From assembly GCA_963743915.1 (NCBI GenBank), contig CAVURN010000001.1, positions 608,001 through 672,000 on the forward strand: a DNA stretch of 64,000 bases, given 5' to 3'. A program made the position numbers and the translations under genes. This DNA is from an uncultured Actinomycetota bacterium. Its GTDB lineage: Bacteria > Actinomycetota > Actinomycetes > JAHEKZ01. The notes under the pieces were generated by a model, which did not search any database, was not told the DNA's origin, and was given only the letters and a program-made list of their open reading frames with translations. Below, piece by piece: positions 45,301 to 59,962 of this stretch (its first letter is position 1; every line of letters starts with the position of its first letter).

Positions 45301-45341
45301 ATTGGATCCAATGTGTCTGGCAGACTGACCCACGAGTCAGT
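45301..45341. promoter_or_regulatory. two palindromic operator candidates upstream of etfB
   Basis: ATTGGATCCAAT (45301-45312, perfect) and ACTGAC-n6-GTCAGT (45324-45341). Confidence 0.5.
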
Positions 45342-45439
45342 GACACGCCCTGTCCGCTCATCGGCGGGGCAGCTCGCGCACCGTACGGCCCGACCTCACG
45401 GCGGGCACGGGGTCGGTACCAGGAGGTGCGTTCGTCGCC

Positions 45440-46242
45440 GTGAAGATCGTCGTGTGCGTCAAGCAGGTGCCCGATTCCTGGGCGGAGAAGAAGCTCGACC
45501 CGGCCGACAACACCCTCGACCGTGAGGCGGCCGACGCCGTCGTCAACGAGCTCGACGAGTACGCGATCGAGGAGGCGCTGCAGCTCCAGGAGCGCCTCGG
45601 CGGTGCCGACGCCGTGCACCGTGACCGTCCTGACGGTCGGGCCCGGAGAAGGCGATCGAGAGCGTGCGCAAGGGTCTGCAGATGGGCGCCGACGACGGTG
45701 TCCACGTCGTCGACGACGCCCTGCACGGCAGTGACGCCATTGGCCACCTCAGCGGTGCTGGCCGCGGCGGTCGACCGGCTCGCCCCCGACCTCGTCCTCC
45801 TGGGCTCGGAGAGCACCGACGCCCGCATGTCGGTCGTGCCGGCGATGGTCGCCGAGCGCACCGGACGCCCCCAGCTCACCTTCGCGGGCAAGGTCGAGGT
45901 CGACGGCGAGCACCGTCACGCGTCCAGCGGGTCAGACCGACGACGGGTACGACGTCGTCGAGGCGTACGCTGCCCGCGCTGCGTCAGCGTCGTCGAGAAG
46001 ATCAACGAGCCGCGCTACCCGTCGTTCAAGGGGATCATGGCCGCCAAGAAGAAGCCGGTCGAGACGCTCTCGCTCGCCGACCTCGGGGTCGACGCCGGCA
46101 CGCGTCGGGCTGACCGGCTCCTGGAGCGCGGTGCAGGACTTCGCCAGCCCGCCCGCCGCGCGCGGCCGGCACCGTCGTCACCGACGAGGGAGACGGCGGC
46201 ACCAAGCTCGCCGACTTCCTCGCCGCCCAGAAGTTCATCTGA
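45440..46242 (+). CDS. etfB: electron transfer flavoprotein beta subunit (frameshifted)
   Basis: MKIVVCVKQVPD, MGAD, INEPRYPSFKGIMAAKKK. Confidence 0.9.
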
Positions 46243-46270
46243 CCCTCAGCACGCGTCCGGGAGGACCACC

Positions 46271-47230
46271 ATGGCTGAAGTACTCGTGCTCGTCGAGCAC
46301 GCCGGCGGTGACGTCAAGAAGGTCACCTTCGAGCTGCTGACCCTCGCCCGCTCCCTCGGCGAGCCGGCCGCGGTCGCGATCGGTGACGTCTCCGACGACA
46401 CCGTCGCCAGCGCTGGCGCGCCGGCGGCGCCGAGACCGTCTACGTGGCGACCGGCGCCGACTTCGCCGACCACGTGGTCGCCCCGAAGGTCGCGGCGCTG
46501 CAGGCGGCGCTGGCGGCGTCCGGTGCCGCGGTGTCCTGGTGCCGGCCACCGCCGAGGGCAAGGAGATCGCCGGACGGCTCGCGGTCCGCACCGGCTCGGG
46601 CGTCATCACCGACGCCGTCGGCGTCGAGCGACGGCTTCGTCGCCGAGCAGTCGGTCTTCGGTGGCTCGACGCATCGTGCACTCGACCGTCACGACCGGCA
46701 CTCCGATCATCGCGGTGCGGCCCAACAGCACCGCGCCCGAGCCAGTCGCGGTGCCGCCGGCAGACGGGTCGACCTGCGACGTCACCGTCGCCGACGCCGA
46801 CAAGGCAGCGCGGTCACCGAGCGGGTCGCGCAGGAGCGGGCCGGACGTCCGGAGCTGACCGAGGCGGCGATCGTCGTCTCCGGCGGGCGTGGCGTCGGGT
46901 CGCCCGAGGGCTTCGCCGTCGATCGAGGCGCTCGCCGACAGCCTCGGTGCCGCTGTCGGCGCCTCGCGCGCCGCCACCGACGCCGGCTGGTACCCGCACC
47001 AGTTCCAGGTCGGGCAGACCGGCAAGACCGTCTCGCCGCAGCTGTACATGGCCAACGGCATCTCCGGGGCGATCCAGCACCGCGCCGGCATGCAGACCTC
47101 GAAGACGATCGTCGCGGTCAACAAGGACCCGGAGGCGCCGATCTTCGACCTCGTCGACTTCGGCGTCGTCGGCGACCTGCACACCGTGCTGCCGCAGCTG
47201 ACCGAGGAGGTCAGCAAGCGGAAGGGCTGA
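46271..47230 (+). CDS. etfA: electron transfer flavoprotein alpha subunit (frameshifted)
   Basis: [42 protein letters not shown]. Confidence 0.92.
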
Positions 47231-47268
47231 CCCGGGCAGCGGCACCAGGCTGACCTAGACTCGTCGCG

Positions 47269-48469
47269 ATGGCCTACCTGGATCACGCGGCGACGACGCC
47301 GATGCTCCCGGCTGCGATCGCGGCCGTCACCAAGGAGCTCGGCGAGGTCGGCAACCCCTCGTCGCTGCACGCCGCCGGGCGACGTGCCCGTCGAGTGGTC
47401 GAGGAGAGCCGCGAGACGATCGCCGCCGCGTTCGGCGCCCGCCCCAGCGAGGTCGTCTTCACCGCGGGTGGCACCGAGGCCGACAACCTGGCGGTCAAGG
47501 GTCTCTACTGGAGTCCGCCAGCAGGACCGCCGTCGGCCGCGCATCCTGGCCAGCTGCGGTCGAGCACCACGCCGTGCTCGACCCGGTGCAGTGGCTCGCC
47601 GACGCACCAGGGCGCCGAGGTCATCTGGCTCGACCGTCGACGCGGTCGGGCGGGTCGACCCGCAGCAGCTCGCACGACGAGATCGCCCGCGACCCCGACT
47701 CGGTCGCCCTGGTCACGCGTGATGTGGGCCAACAACGAGGTCGGCACCGTGCAGCCGGTCACCGAGTGCGTCGCGGCGGCCGCGAGCGTTCGGGGTCCCG
47801 GTCCACTCCGACGCGGTGCAGGCCGCCGGTCACCTCGCCGCTCGACTTCGCGGCGTCGGGTCTGGACGCCCTGACGGTCAGCGGGCACAAGCTCGGCGGC
47901 CCGCTCGGCGTCGGTGCGCTGCTGCTCGCGCCGCTCCGCGTCACCGGTGCCGCTGCTCCACGGCGGCGGCCAGGAGCGCGACGTCCGCTCCGGCACGCTC
48001 GACACCCCCGCGATCGCCGGCTTCGCCGCCGCGGCGGCCGAGTCGACCGAGGACCGTGCCGAGCGCGTCCGAGGCGGTGGCCGCGCTGCGGGACGACCTG
48101 GTGGCGCGGGTGCTCGCGGCAGTTCCCGACGCGGTGCTCAACGGCGACCCGCGCTCGACGATCCCGCGCACCGGCTGCCCGGCAACGCGCACCTCTCGTT
48201 CCCCGGCTGCGAGGGTGACTCGCTGCTCATGCTGCTCGACGCCCGCGGGGTGCACTGCTCCACCGGCTCGGCCTGCTCGGCGGGCGTCGCCGAGCCCAGC
48301 CACGTGCTGCTCGCCATGGGAGCCACCGAGGCGGAGGCGCGCTCGTCGCTGCGGTTCTCGCTCGGGCCACACCTCGACCGAGGCCGACGTCGACGAGCTG
48401 GTCGACGCGATCGGGCCCGTGGTCGAGCGCGCGCGCGCAGCGCGCGCGTCGGCGCCGGCGGAGCGCTGA
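47269..48469 (+). CDS. cysteine desulfurase (IscS/NifS-like, frameshifted)
   Basis: [39 protein letters not shown]. Confidence 0.9.
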
Positions 48470-48481
48470 CAGGGCGGATGC

Positions 48482-49558
48482 GTGCGGGTCCTCGCGGCGC
48501 TCTCCGGTGGCGTCGACTCCGCGGTCGCTGCGGCTCGCGCACGGATGCCGGCCACGACGTCACCGGCGTGCACCTGGCGCTGAGCAGCAACCCGCAGACG
48601 TTCCGCTCCGGGGCCCGCGGCTGCTGCAGCCTCGAGGACTCCCGGGACGCCCGTCGCGTCGCCGACGTGCTCGGCATCCCGTACTACGTCTGGGACCTCG
48701 CCGAGCAGTTCCGCGCCGACGTCGTCGACGACTTCGTCGCCGAGTACGCGGCCGGACGTACGCCGAACCCGTGCCTGCGCTGCAACGAGCGGATCAAGTT
48801 CGCCGCCGTGCTCGACCGGGCCGTCGCGCTCGGCTTCGACGCCGTGTGCACCGGTCACTACGCCCGGGTCGGTCGAGGGTGCCCGATGGCGCCGAGCTGC
48901 ACCGCGCCGTCGACGCAGCCAAGGACCAGTCCTACGTCCTGGCGGTGCTCGAGCAGCGAGCAGCTGGACCGGTCGCTCTTCCCGCTGGGCGACTCGCTGG
49001 AAGTCCGAGGTGCGACGGGAGGCGGCGGAGCGGGGGCTGCTGGTCGCCGACAAGCCGGACAGCCACGACATCTGCTTCATCGCCGACGGCGACACCCAGG
49101 GCTTCCTGGCCGAGCGGCTCGGGGAGCGACCCGGGGTCATCCTCGACGAGCCACGGCAACGTGCTCGGCGAGCACGACGGTGCCTACGCCTTCACCGTCG
49201 GCCAGCGTCGCGGGCTCGGGCTCGACCGTCGCCACGCCTGACCGGTCCCCGCGCTACGTGCTCTCGATCGAGCCCACGACACAGACCGTCGTCGTGGGGT
49301 CGCGTCAGGCGCTCGCCATCGACCAGATCGTCGCCCGGCCCGTGCGCTGGTGCGGCCCCGAGCTCCCGGACCCTGCCGACGTGAGCGTGCAGTTCCGTGC
49401 TCACGGTGAGGCTCTGCCCGCCACGGTGAGCCGGCAGGGGGACGGCGTCCGTGCCCTGCTGGCGACAGCCGGCCGAGGGGGTGGCGCCTGGACAGACGCT
49501 CGTGCTCTACGACGGCACGCGGGTCCGCGGGTCGGCGGCCATCGACGCGACGGCATGA
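48482..49558 (+). CDS. mnmA: tRNA 2-thiouridylase MnmA (frameshifted)
   Basis: [39 protein letters not shown]. Confidence 0.92.
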
Positions 49559-50584
49559 CCGCTGGCCGTGGCGGCGTCCGTCGCGTGCCGACCGCAGTGG
49601 CCACGGGCATCGGATCGGTGCCGGGCGAGGCCGCCCAGGGAGGCTGCGCGCGTGGGTGGTGGACGCCCTGCCCGAGCTCCCGCACCTGCCCGAGCTGCCG
49701 GCCCGGGGTCCCTGGGCGTCGATCACCGGGCGCGCGGCCGGGCTGCTCGTCGACCTGCCCGCTCGAGCTCGAGCTCGAGCGCTGGCGCACGGCATCGGCA
49801 CCGGGACGTGACGTTCGGCGGTCGCGCTCGTTGCTGGCGGAGGACCTCGACGCCTTCGAGGAGGTGCTCCAGGGCTTCACCGGACCGGTGAAGGTGCAGG
49901 TCGTGCGGACCGGTGACGCTGGCGGCGACCGCCGAGCTGCGGGGTGGCGACGCGCTGACGAGCGACCCGGCCGCACTGCGGGACGTCGCGGCCTCCTTGG
50001 CCGAAGGGGTCGGCCAGCACCTGGACGACCTGGTCAAGCGGCTCCCCGGGGTCGCGATCGTGCTGCAGCTGGACGAGCCCGGCGCTGCCCGCCGCCACGG
50101 CGGGGGCGATCCCCCGGCCGAGCGGTTGGGGGGTCCACGCGCCGGTGCCGGGCGAGGTGGCCACCTCCGCGCTGAGCGTCGTCGTCCAGGCGGCCGAGGC
50201 GGCCGGCGCGCCGCACGGTCGTGCACTGCTGCGCCAGTGACCCCGACTGGTCGTGCTGGCCCGGAGCGGCGCGGACACCCTGAGCCTCGACGTGGAGCGC
50301 ACTGGACCTGGCCGCACACGCGACCGAGCTGGGGCAGTGGGTCGACACCGGCCGCTCGCTGTGGGCCGGCGTGGATGCCGTCGACATGGACGGGCGCCCG
50401 CCGCCGACTTCGTGACCTGCGGGGGGTGCTGGGCCTGGCGGCGGATCCGTTCGCGTCGGCGGTCGCGGTGACGCCGCGATGCGGCCAGCCCGGCAGCACC
50501 GTTCCTGTCGTCGCTGCCGCCTACGCTGCGACCAGGGACCTGGCGCGCTGGCTCCAGGACGGCGCTGACGGTCCTGGGCGCTGA
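49555..50584 (+). CDS. short cobalamin-independent methionine synthase-like protein (frameshifted)
   Basis: [41 protein letters not shown]; conserved mnmA-X-ligA position. Confidence 0.75.
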
Positions 50585-50595
50585 CGGGAGGGTCG

Positions 50596-52818
<2,223 letters not shown>

Positions 52819-52842
52819 TCGGCCGAACTGTGCCGTGGATCA

Positions 52843-52857
52843 GTCACACAGGGTGAG
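52843..52857. promoter_or_regulatory. BldD box candidate
   Basis: gTcACaCAGgGTgAg fits nTnACnC(A/T)GnGTnAn; a TACCCT -10 follows at 52866-52871. Confidence 0.55.
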
Positions 52858-52943
52858 CTACTGGCTACCCTGGACCGGGCTCCGGGGTGAGCGCTTCCGT
52901 CCGAACGGGCCGAGCGCGAAAGGGAGCCGGAGGGTGGTGAGGC

Positions 52944-55048
52944 ATGGCCGACGTCGACGTGCTCGCCGACGACGCCGTTGAACCGGACCGGCCCTCACTC
53001 CTCAGGCCCAGCATGTTCGCCGCCGGTTGGTGGCTGTCCGTCGTCGGTGGTCTGGCCCTGGTCGCGTACGCCGCGACCCAGGCCGTCGCGGGGGTGTCCG
53101 CGGCCGAGCCGGCCTTCTGGATGATCGCCGGCCTGCTCATCCTGTTCGAGCTCAGCCCGGTCATCGTGGGCAGCGGCTACGACAGCCAGGGGGTCGCGAC
53201 GAGCGACGCCTTCGCCTTCGCGATCCTGTACCTCTACGGCCCATGGCCGGCGATCACGCTGATCGCGCTGTCCACGCTGGTCTCCGAGCTGGTCAAGCGC
53301 AAGGCGCTCTGGAAGATCCCCTTCAACATCGGGCAGTTCACGCTGAGCATCGGGTCCGCCGCCCTCGTGATGACGTTGGGCCTCGCTGCCCGGGGTGAGT
53401 CGCTCCCGACGCTCGCCGACCCGTTGACGCAGCCTCACCGCCGGTCGACCTGACATGGATCGTGGCCGGCTGGCTGTCCTTCTTCTTCGTCAACAACACC
53501 CTGTTCTCGATGCTCGCCGATCCCGGTCGCACGTTCGCCGACGACTTCTTCGACGACTTCGTCTACTACTTCTTCTCGACCATGGCCGTCCTGGCGGTGT
53601 CGCCGCTGGTCTTCTTCGTGTCCGTCGAGCCGGTGTTCCTGCCGCTCCTCACCCTGCCGCTCTACGCCGTCCGTAAGACCGCCTCCATCTCGCGGGAGAA
53701 GGAGCACCAGGCGCTGCACGACTCGTTGACCGGGCTGCCGAACCGCAAGATGATCCTGGCCGAGCTGGGGGACCGGCTCGAGTCGGCGCGACGCAGACAG
53801 ACGCACCTCGGCTTCTGCCTGCTCGACCTCGACCGGTTCAAGGAGGTCAACGACACCCTCGGTCACCAGGTGGGGGACCGGCTGCTCGCCGTGGTGGCCC
53901 AGCGGATCCAGGGCGCCTTGCGCCCCAATGACATCGTCGCCCGGCTCGGTGGTGACGAGTTCGCCGTGCTGCTCGATCCGGTCCGGGACCCGGAGGCGGC
54001 GGTCGAGGTGGCGCACCGCATCCGCGAGGCCCTGACCCGGCCCTTCCACGTCGAGGGAATGCTGTTCGAGCTGGAGGCGAGTATCGGGGTCACGGTCTTC
54101 CCCGACCACGGTGAGGACGTCGACCCGATCGTGCGTCGCGCCGACGTCGCCATGTACCTCGCCAAGGAGGAGCGCACCGGCGTCGAGCTGTACGTCGCCG
54201 ACCGCGACCACAACTCGGCCAGCCGGCTGGCACTCCTCGGTGGACTGCGCAGCGCGCTCGAGAACGGCGAGCTGCAGGTGCACTACCAGCCGAAGGTGTC
54301 GCTGTCCTCAGGTGCCGTCGTCGGCGTGGAGGCGCTGCTCCGCTGGCACCACCCCCAGCGTGGGCTCGTGATGCCGGACGAGTTCATTCCGATGGCGGAG
54401 CACTCGGGACTCATGGCACCACTGACCGAGCACGTCATCGACCAGTCGCTGGCGCAGGTCTCGCGCTGGCGGGGGGCGGGGCTCGACGTGCCCGTGGCGG
54501 TCAACGTCTCGATGCGCGACCTGCACGGCCCCGACCTCCTCGGCGTCGTCGCCGGGGCGCTCGAGCGGCACGACCTGCCTGCCTCCATGCTCGTGCTCGA
54601 GCTGACCGAGCGGGTGCTGACCCGCAGCTCCCACGAGGTCACGACGACTCTGAACGCACTACGGCGACTCGGGGTCTCCGCCTCGCTGGACGACTTCGGA
54701 ACCGGCTACTCCTCGATGGTGCTGCTGAAGAAGCTGCCGGTGTCGGAGATCAAGATCGACCGGTCGTTCGTCTCACGACTGACCGCTGATCCGGGCGACG
54801 TGACCATCGTGCGTTCGATCGTCGAGCTCGCCCATGGACTCGGCATGACGGCGGTCGCCGAGGGGGTGGAGTCCGAACAGGTCTGGGACCTTCTGCAGCG
54901 ACTCGACTGCGATGCGGTCCAGGGCTGGTACGTGAGTCGTCCCATGGAGGCCGACAGCGCGACGGCCTGGTTGCTCCGCCACCCCTCGCAGCAGCGGGCG
55001 CTGCGCCTCCTGCGCGGTGGTGCGGCCCAGGCCAGCGGGTCGGCCTGA
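52944..55048 (+). CDS. membrane-bound GGDEF-EAL c-di-GMP enzyme (RmdB-like; frameshift near 53440)
   Basis: Multiple N-terminal TMs; RPND I-site + GGDEF; EAL, ELTE, DDFGTGYSS, KIDRSF; ligA-X-gatC synteny. Confidence 0.9.
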
Positions 55049-55131
55049 GCCGGACGCGGCAAGGCCCGCCGAGTCCTGCCCAGCAGCCTCCGTAGGATGA
55101 CGGCGACCTGTTCCCCGATGCCGGGAGACCC

Positions 55132-55430
55132 ATGCCTGCGCTCGACCGTGACGACGTGGCGCACCTGGCGCGCCTGGCGCGTCTGTCGCTCACCGACGAG
55201 GAGCTCGACCACTTCGGCGGTCAGCTCGACGTGATCCTCGGTGCCGTCGCTCGGGTGGCGGAGGTCGCCGCTGATGACGTGCCGCCGACCACGCATGCGG
55301 TACCCGTCCTCAACGTGACGCGGCCGGATGTCGTGACGCCGTCGCTGTCGCGCGAGGAGGCCCTCGCTGCAGCACCGGCCGCCGAGGACGACCGATTCCG
55401 GGTGCCGCGCATCCTCGACGAGGAGGAGCA

Positions 55431-55434
<4 letters not shown>
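55132..55434 (+). CDS. gatC: Asp/Glu-tRNA amidotransferase subunit C
   Basis: [23 protein letters not shown]. Confidence 0.95.
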
Positions 55435-56959
<1,525 letters not shown>

Positions 56960-56963
<4 letters not shown>

Positions 56964-58487
56964 ACCAGCAGGCTGCCGAGCTGATGCCGTTCGACGAGGC
57001 GATCGCCAGGTTCGACCCGGTCATGGGGCTGGAGGTCCACGTCGAGCTCAACACGCTCACCAAGATGTTCTGCGGCTGCCCCACCGCGTTCGGCGCGCCG
57101 CCGAACACCCAGGTCTGCCCGGTGTGTCTCGGCCTGCCGGGTGCCCTTCCGGTGGTCAACGCCCAGGCGGTGGAGTCGGCGATCCGGATCGGTCTCGCGC
57201 TGGGGTGCTCGATCGCCGACTGGTCGCGCTTCGCCAGGAAGAACTACTTCTACCCCGACATGCCGAAGGACTTCCAGACCTCGCAGTACGACGAGCCGAT
57301 CGCGTACGACGGTGCGCTCGACATCAGTGTGGACACCGACGATGGTCCACGCACGGTGACGGTGGGCATCGAACGGGCTCACATGGAGGAGGACACCGGC
57401 AAGATCTCGCACGTCGGCGGCGCGACCGGTCGCATCCACGGTGCGGACTACTCACTGATCGACTACAACCGTGCCGGCGTCCCGCTGATCGAGATCGTCA
57501 CCAAGCCCATCGAGGTCGAGCCCGCTCTCGCGCCGGCGGTGGCGCGCGCCTACGTCACCGAGCTTCGCGAGCTGATCGTGGCGCTCGGCGTCTCGGACGC
57601 CCACATGCACCAGGGATCCATGCGTGTCGACTCCAACGTCTCGCTGAAGCCCCGAGGTTCGACGACGCTCGGTACCCGCACCGAGACCAAGAACGTCAAC
57701 TCGATCCGTTCGGTCGAGCGGGCCGTGCGCTTCGAGATCCAGCGGCAGGCGGCGGTCCTCGCCGGCGGCGGCACCGTCGTGCAGGAGACCCGGCATTTCC
57801 ACGAGAACGACGGCACCACCACCTCCGGACGGGTCAAGGAGGAGGCCGAGGACTACCGGTACTTCCCCGAGCCCGACCTGACACCGGTCGCGCCGGACTC
57901 GGCTTGGATCGAGCAGCTGCGCACCACGCTGCCCGAGCCTCCCCTGAAGCGACGGGCGCGGATCCGCGAGGAGTGGGGGATCTCGGAGCACGAGATGCAG
58001 TCGGTGATCAACGCCGGTGCGCTCGACCTCGTGGAACGGACGGTGGAGCTGGGCTCCGACTCCGCCACGGCGCGCAAGTGGTGGACCGGTGAGATCGCGC
58101 GCGTGTCGAACGAGCGTGGCGTCGACGTGGCCGAGCTGCCGATCACACCGGCGGACGTTCACCGCATCATCACGTTGACCACCGAGGGGACGCTCAACGA
58201 CAAGCTGGCCCGCCAAGTGATCGACGGTGTGCTGGCCGATGAGGGCACGCCGGACGAGGTCGTCGCGTCGCGCGGGCTCGCGGTGGTCTCCGACGACGGT
58301 GCACTGATCGCCGCCGTCGACGCTGCACTTGCCGCAACAGCCGGAGGTCGCCGACAAGATCCGCGGCGGCAAGGTGCAGGCGGCCGGCGCGATCGTCGGC
58401 GCGGTGATGAAGGCGACCGGTGGCAAGGCGGACGCCGGTCGCGTCCGTGAGCTGATCCTCGAACGCGTCGGTGTCACCGAGGGCTGA
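56960..58487 (+). CDS. gatB: Asp/Glu-tRNA amidotransferase subunit B (frameshift near 58340)
   Basis: [30 protein letters not shown]; C-terminal [13 protein letters not shown] in the shifted frame. Confidence 0.96.
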
Positions 58488-58504
58488 GCCGCCCGTCGGA
58501 GCGC

Positions 58505-59761
58505 TCAGGGTGCGCGGGGGTTGCTGGTGAGCTGTTGGCCGTGGGGGCCACGCAACAGGACTGGGCCGTTGCTGCCGCGCATGATGTCGATGACAGTGAT
58601 GTTCCAGCCGCCTTCGTGGACTTGTCGGTGGTGGTGGCGGCAGAGCAGGAGGGCGTTTGCCAGATCGGTGGGTCCGCCGTCGAGCCAGGAGACGATGTGG
58701 TGGGCGTCGGTGTGGGCGGGGGGCCGGTCGCAGCCGGGGAAGCGGCAGCCGCGGTCGCGCAGGGCGAGCAGTCGGCGCTGCTGGGGGCTGAAGAGGCGCC
58801 TGGTGTGGCCGAGGTCGGTCACGGTCCCGTGGGGGTCGAGCAGCAGGGGGGTCAGCTGGGCGTCGCAGGCGATCCGGGCCACACCCGTCGGGTGGAGGAA
58901 CGCCGGAGCACCGGGCGCCTGAGGTAGCCGGCCGGGTGGCAGGGCTCCCGGGGAGCTGGTCGGGTCGACGAGCACGTGCAGGTGGGGGCGTTCCCCACCG
59001 GCCACGGGTAGCAGGCGGTGGTCGGCGGCGGTCTGCACGATCTGGACCAGTCCGTCGGCGCGGCGCTGGGCGGCGCTGCGGGTGTCGTCGGGTCCAGCCG
59101 GGACCAGGAACGGTTCGAGGGCGGCGGTGAGCAGGGCGGCGGACTCGGCGTCGAGCAGCCCGTCCAGGGCGGTCATCCCGTCCATCAGCGGGGCCAGGGT
59201 CAGGTAGCGCCGCTCGAACTGCTGCTGACCGTGGGCGAGGGCGCCGTCGGGGTCGACCACCGCCCGCAGGTGTTTACCCGCGGTGCGGACGTCGCCGACC
59301 GGTGCCTGCCGGGCCAGCCCGGTCAGCAGCTCGACGCCCTGCTGCTGGTGCTCTGCCGGTAGGTGCCGCACCCCACGTTCGACCGCCCGAAGGTGCTCAT
59401 AGGTCAGCCCACCGTCACGGACCTCTGCGACCGGTCCGGCCAGCACCCCGCGGGACCCTCGGGCGAGCCGGACCCGCTCAGCTGCCTCGGCACCGGTCAG
59501 CCGTGTCGCACCGCGCAGCCACGCCGCGGTGGATGCGGCGCCGTGCAGCGCCTGCCCGTCACCGGCGGCGTCGAACACCTCCACCGCCGTCAACGACGCC
59601 GCAGCGACCGCGTCGGCCAGCTGCTGCAAACCCGCCACCCACCCCGCCCGACCCTCCGCCCCGGCATCCCGTAACTGCTCGCGGGCGTCGTCACCGGACC
59701 AGGCCCGCACCTGCCCGAGCACCGCCAACAGCGGTGCCGGCAGAGCATCCGGGGTGAACAC
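58505..59761 (-). CDS. DUF222 + HNH endonuclease (13E12-repeat family)
   Basis: RSAAQRRADGL, RIACDA, RRLF, RDRGCRFPGC...DAHH...W..GG.T...N...LCRHHH; GTG 59761 after ggaagg RBS. Confidence 0.92.
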   Translation of the reverse strand: MFTPDALPAPLLAVLGQVRAWSGDDAREQLRDAGAEGRAGWVAGLQQLADAVAAASLTAVEVFDAAGDGQALHGAASTAAWLRGATRLTGAEAAERVRLARGSRGVLAGPVAEVRDGGLTYEHLRAVERGVRHLPAEHQQQGVELLTGLARQAPVGDVRTAGKHLRAVVDPDGALAHGQQQFERRYLTLAPLMDGMTALDGLLDAESAALLTAALEPFLVPAGPDDTRSAAQRRADGLVQIVQTAADHRLLPVAGGERPHLHVLVDPTSSPGALPPGRLPQAPGAPAFLHPTGVARIACDAQLTPLLLDPHGTVTDLGHTRRLFSPQQRRLLALRDRGCRFPGCDRPPAHTDAHHIVSWLDGGPTDLANALLLCRHHHRQVHEGGWNITVIDIMRGSNGPVLLRGPHGQQLTSNPRAP

Positions 59762-59877
59762 GGTGGCAACCTTCCGAAGAGCGACCAGGACCGGCAGCGC
59801 ACCCTCACCTGGACTCGCCCGGTCTCCTCTGCGGGAGACCACCACCTGCATCAACCACTCGCTGCCAACTACACCTG

Positions 59878-59899
59878 AATCTAGAGCAACGGTCCGACA
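59878..59899 (-). promoter_or_regulatory. PafBC-dependent (RecA-NDp) DNA-damage promoter
   Basis: Minus strand TGTCGG-accgttgctc(10)-TAGATT, exact match to TGTCGG-N10-TA-N3-T. Confidence 0.8.
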
Positions 59900-59962
59900 A
59901 CAACCGTGCCGTCAGGTCGCAATTCTGGGCGGGCGAACCGCTGGTGCGACGGCGAACCGCCA

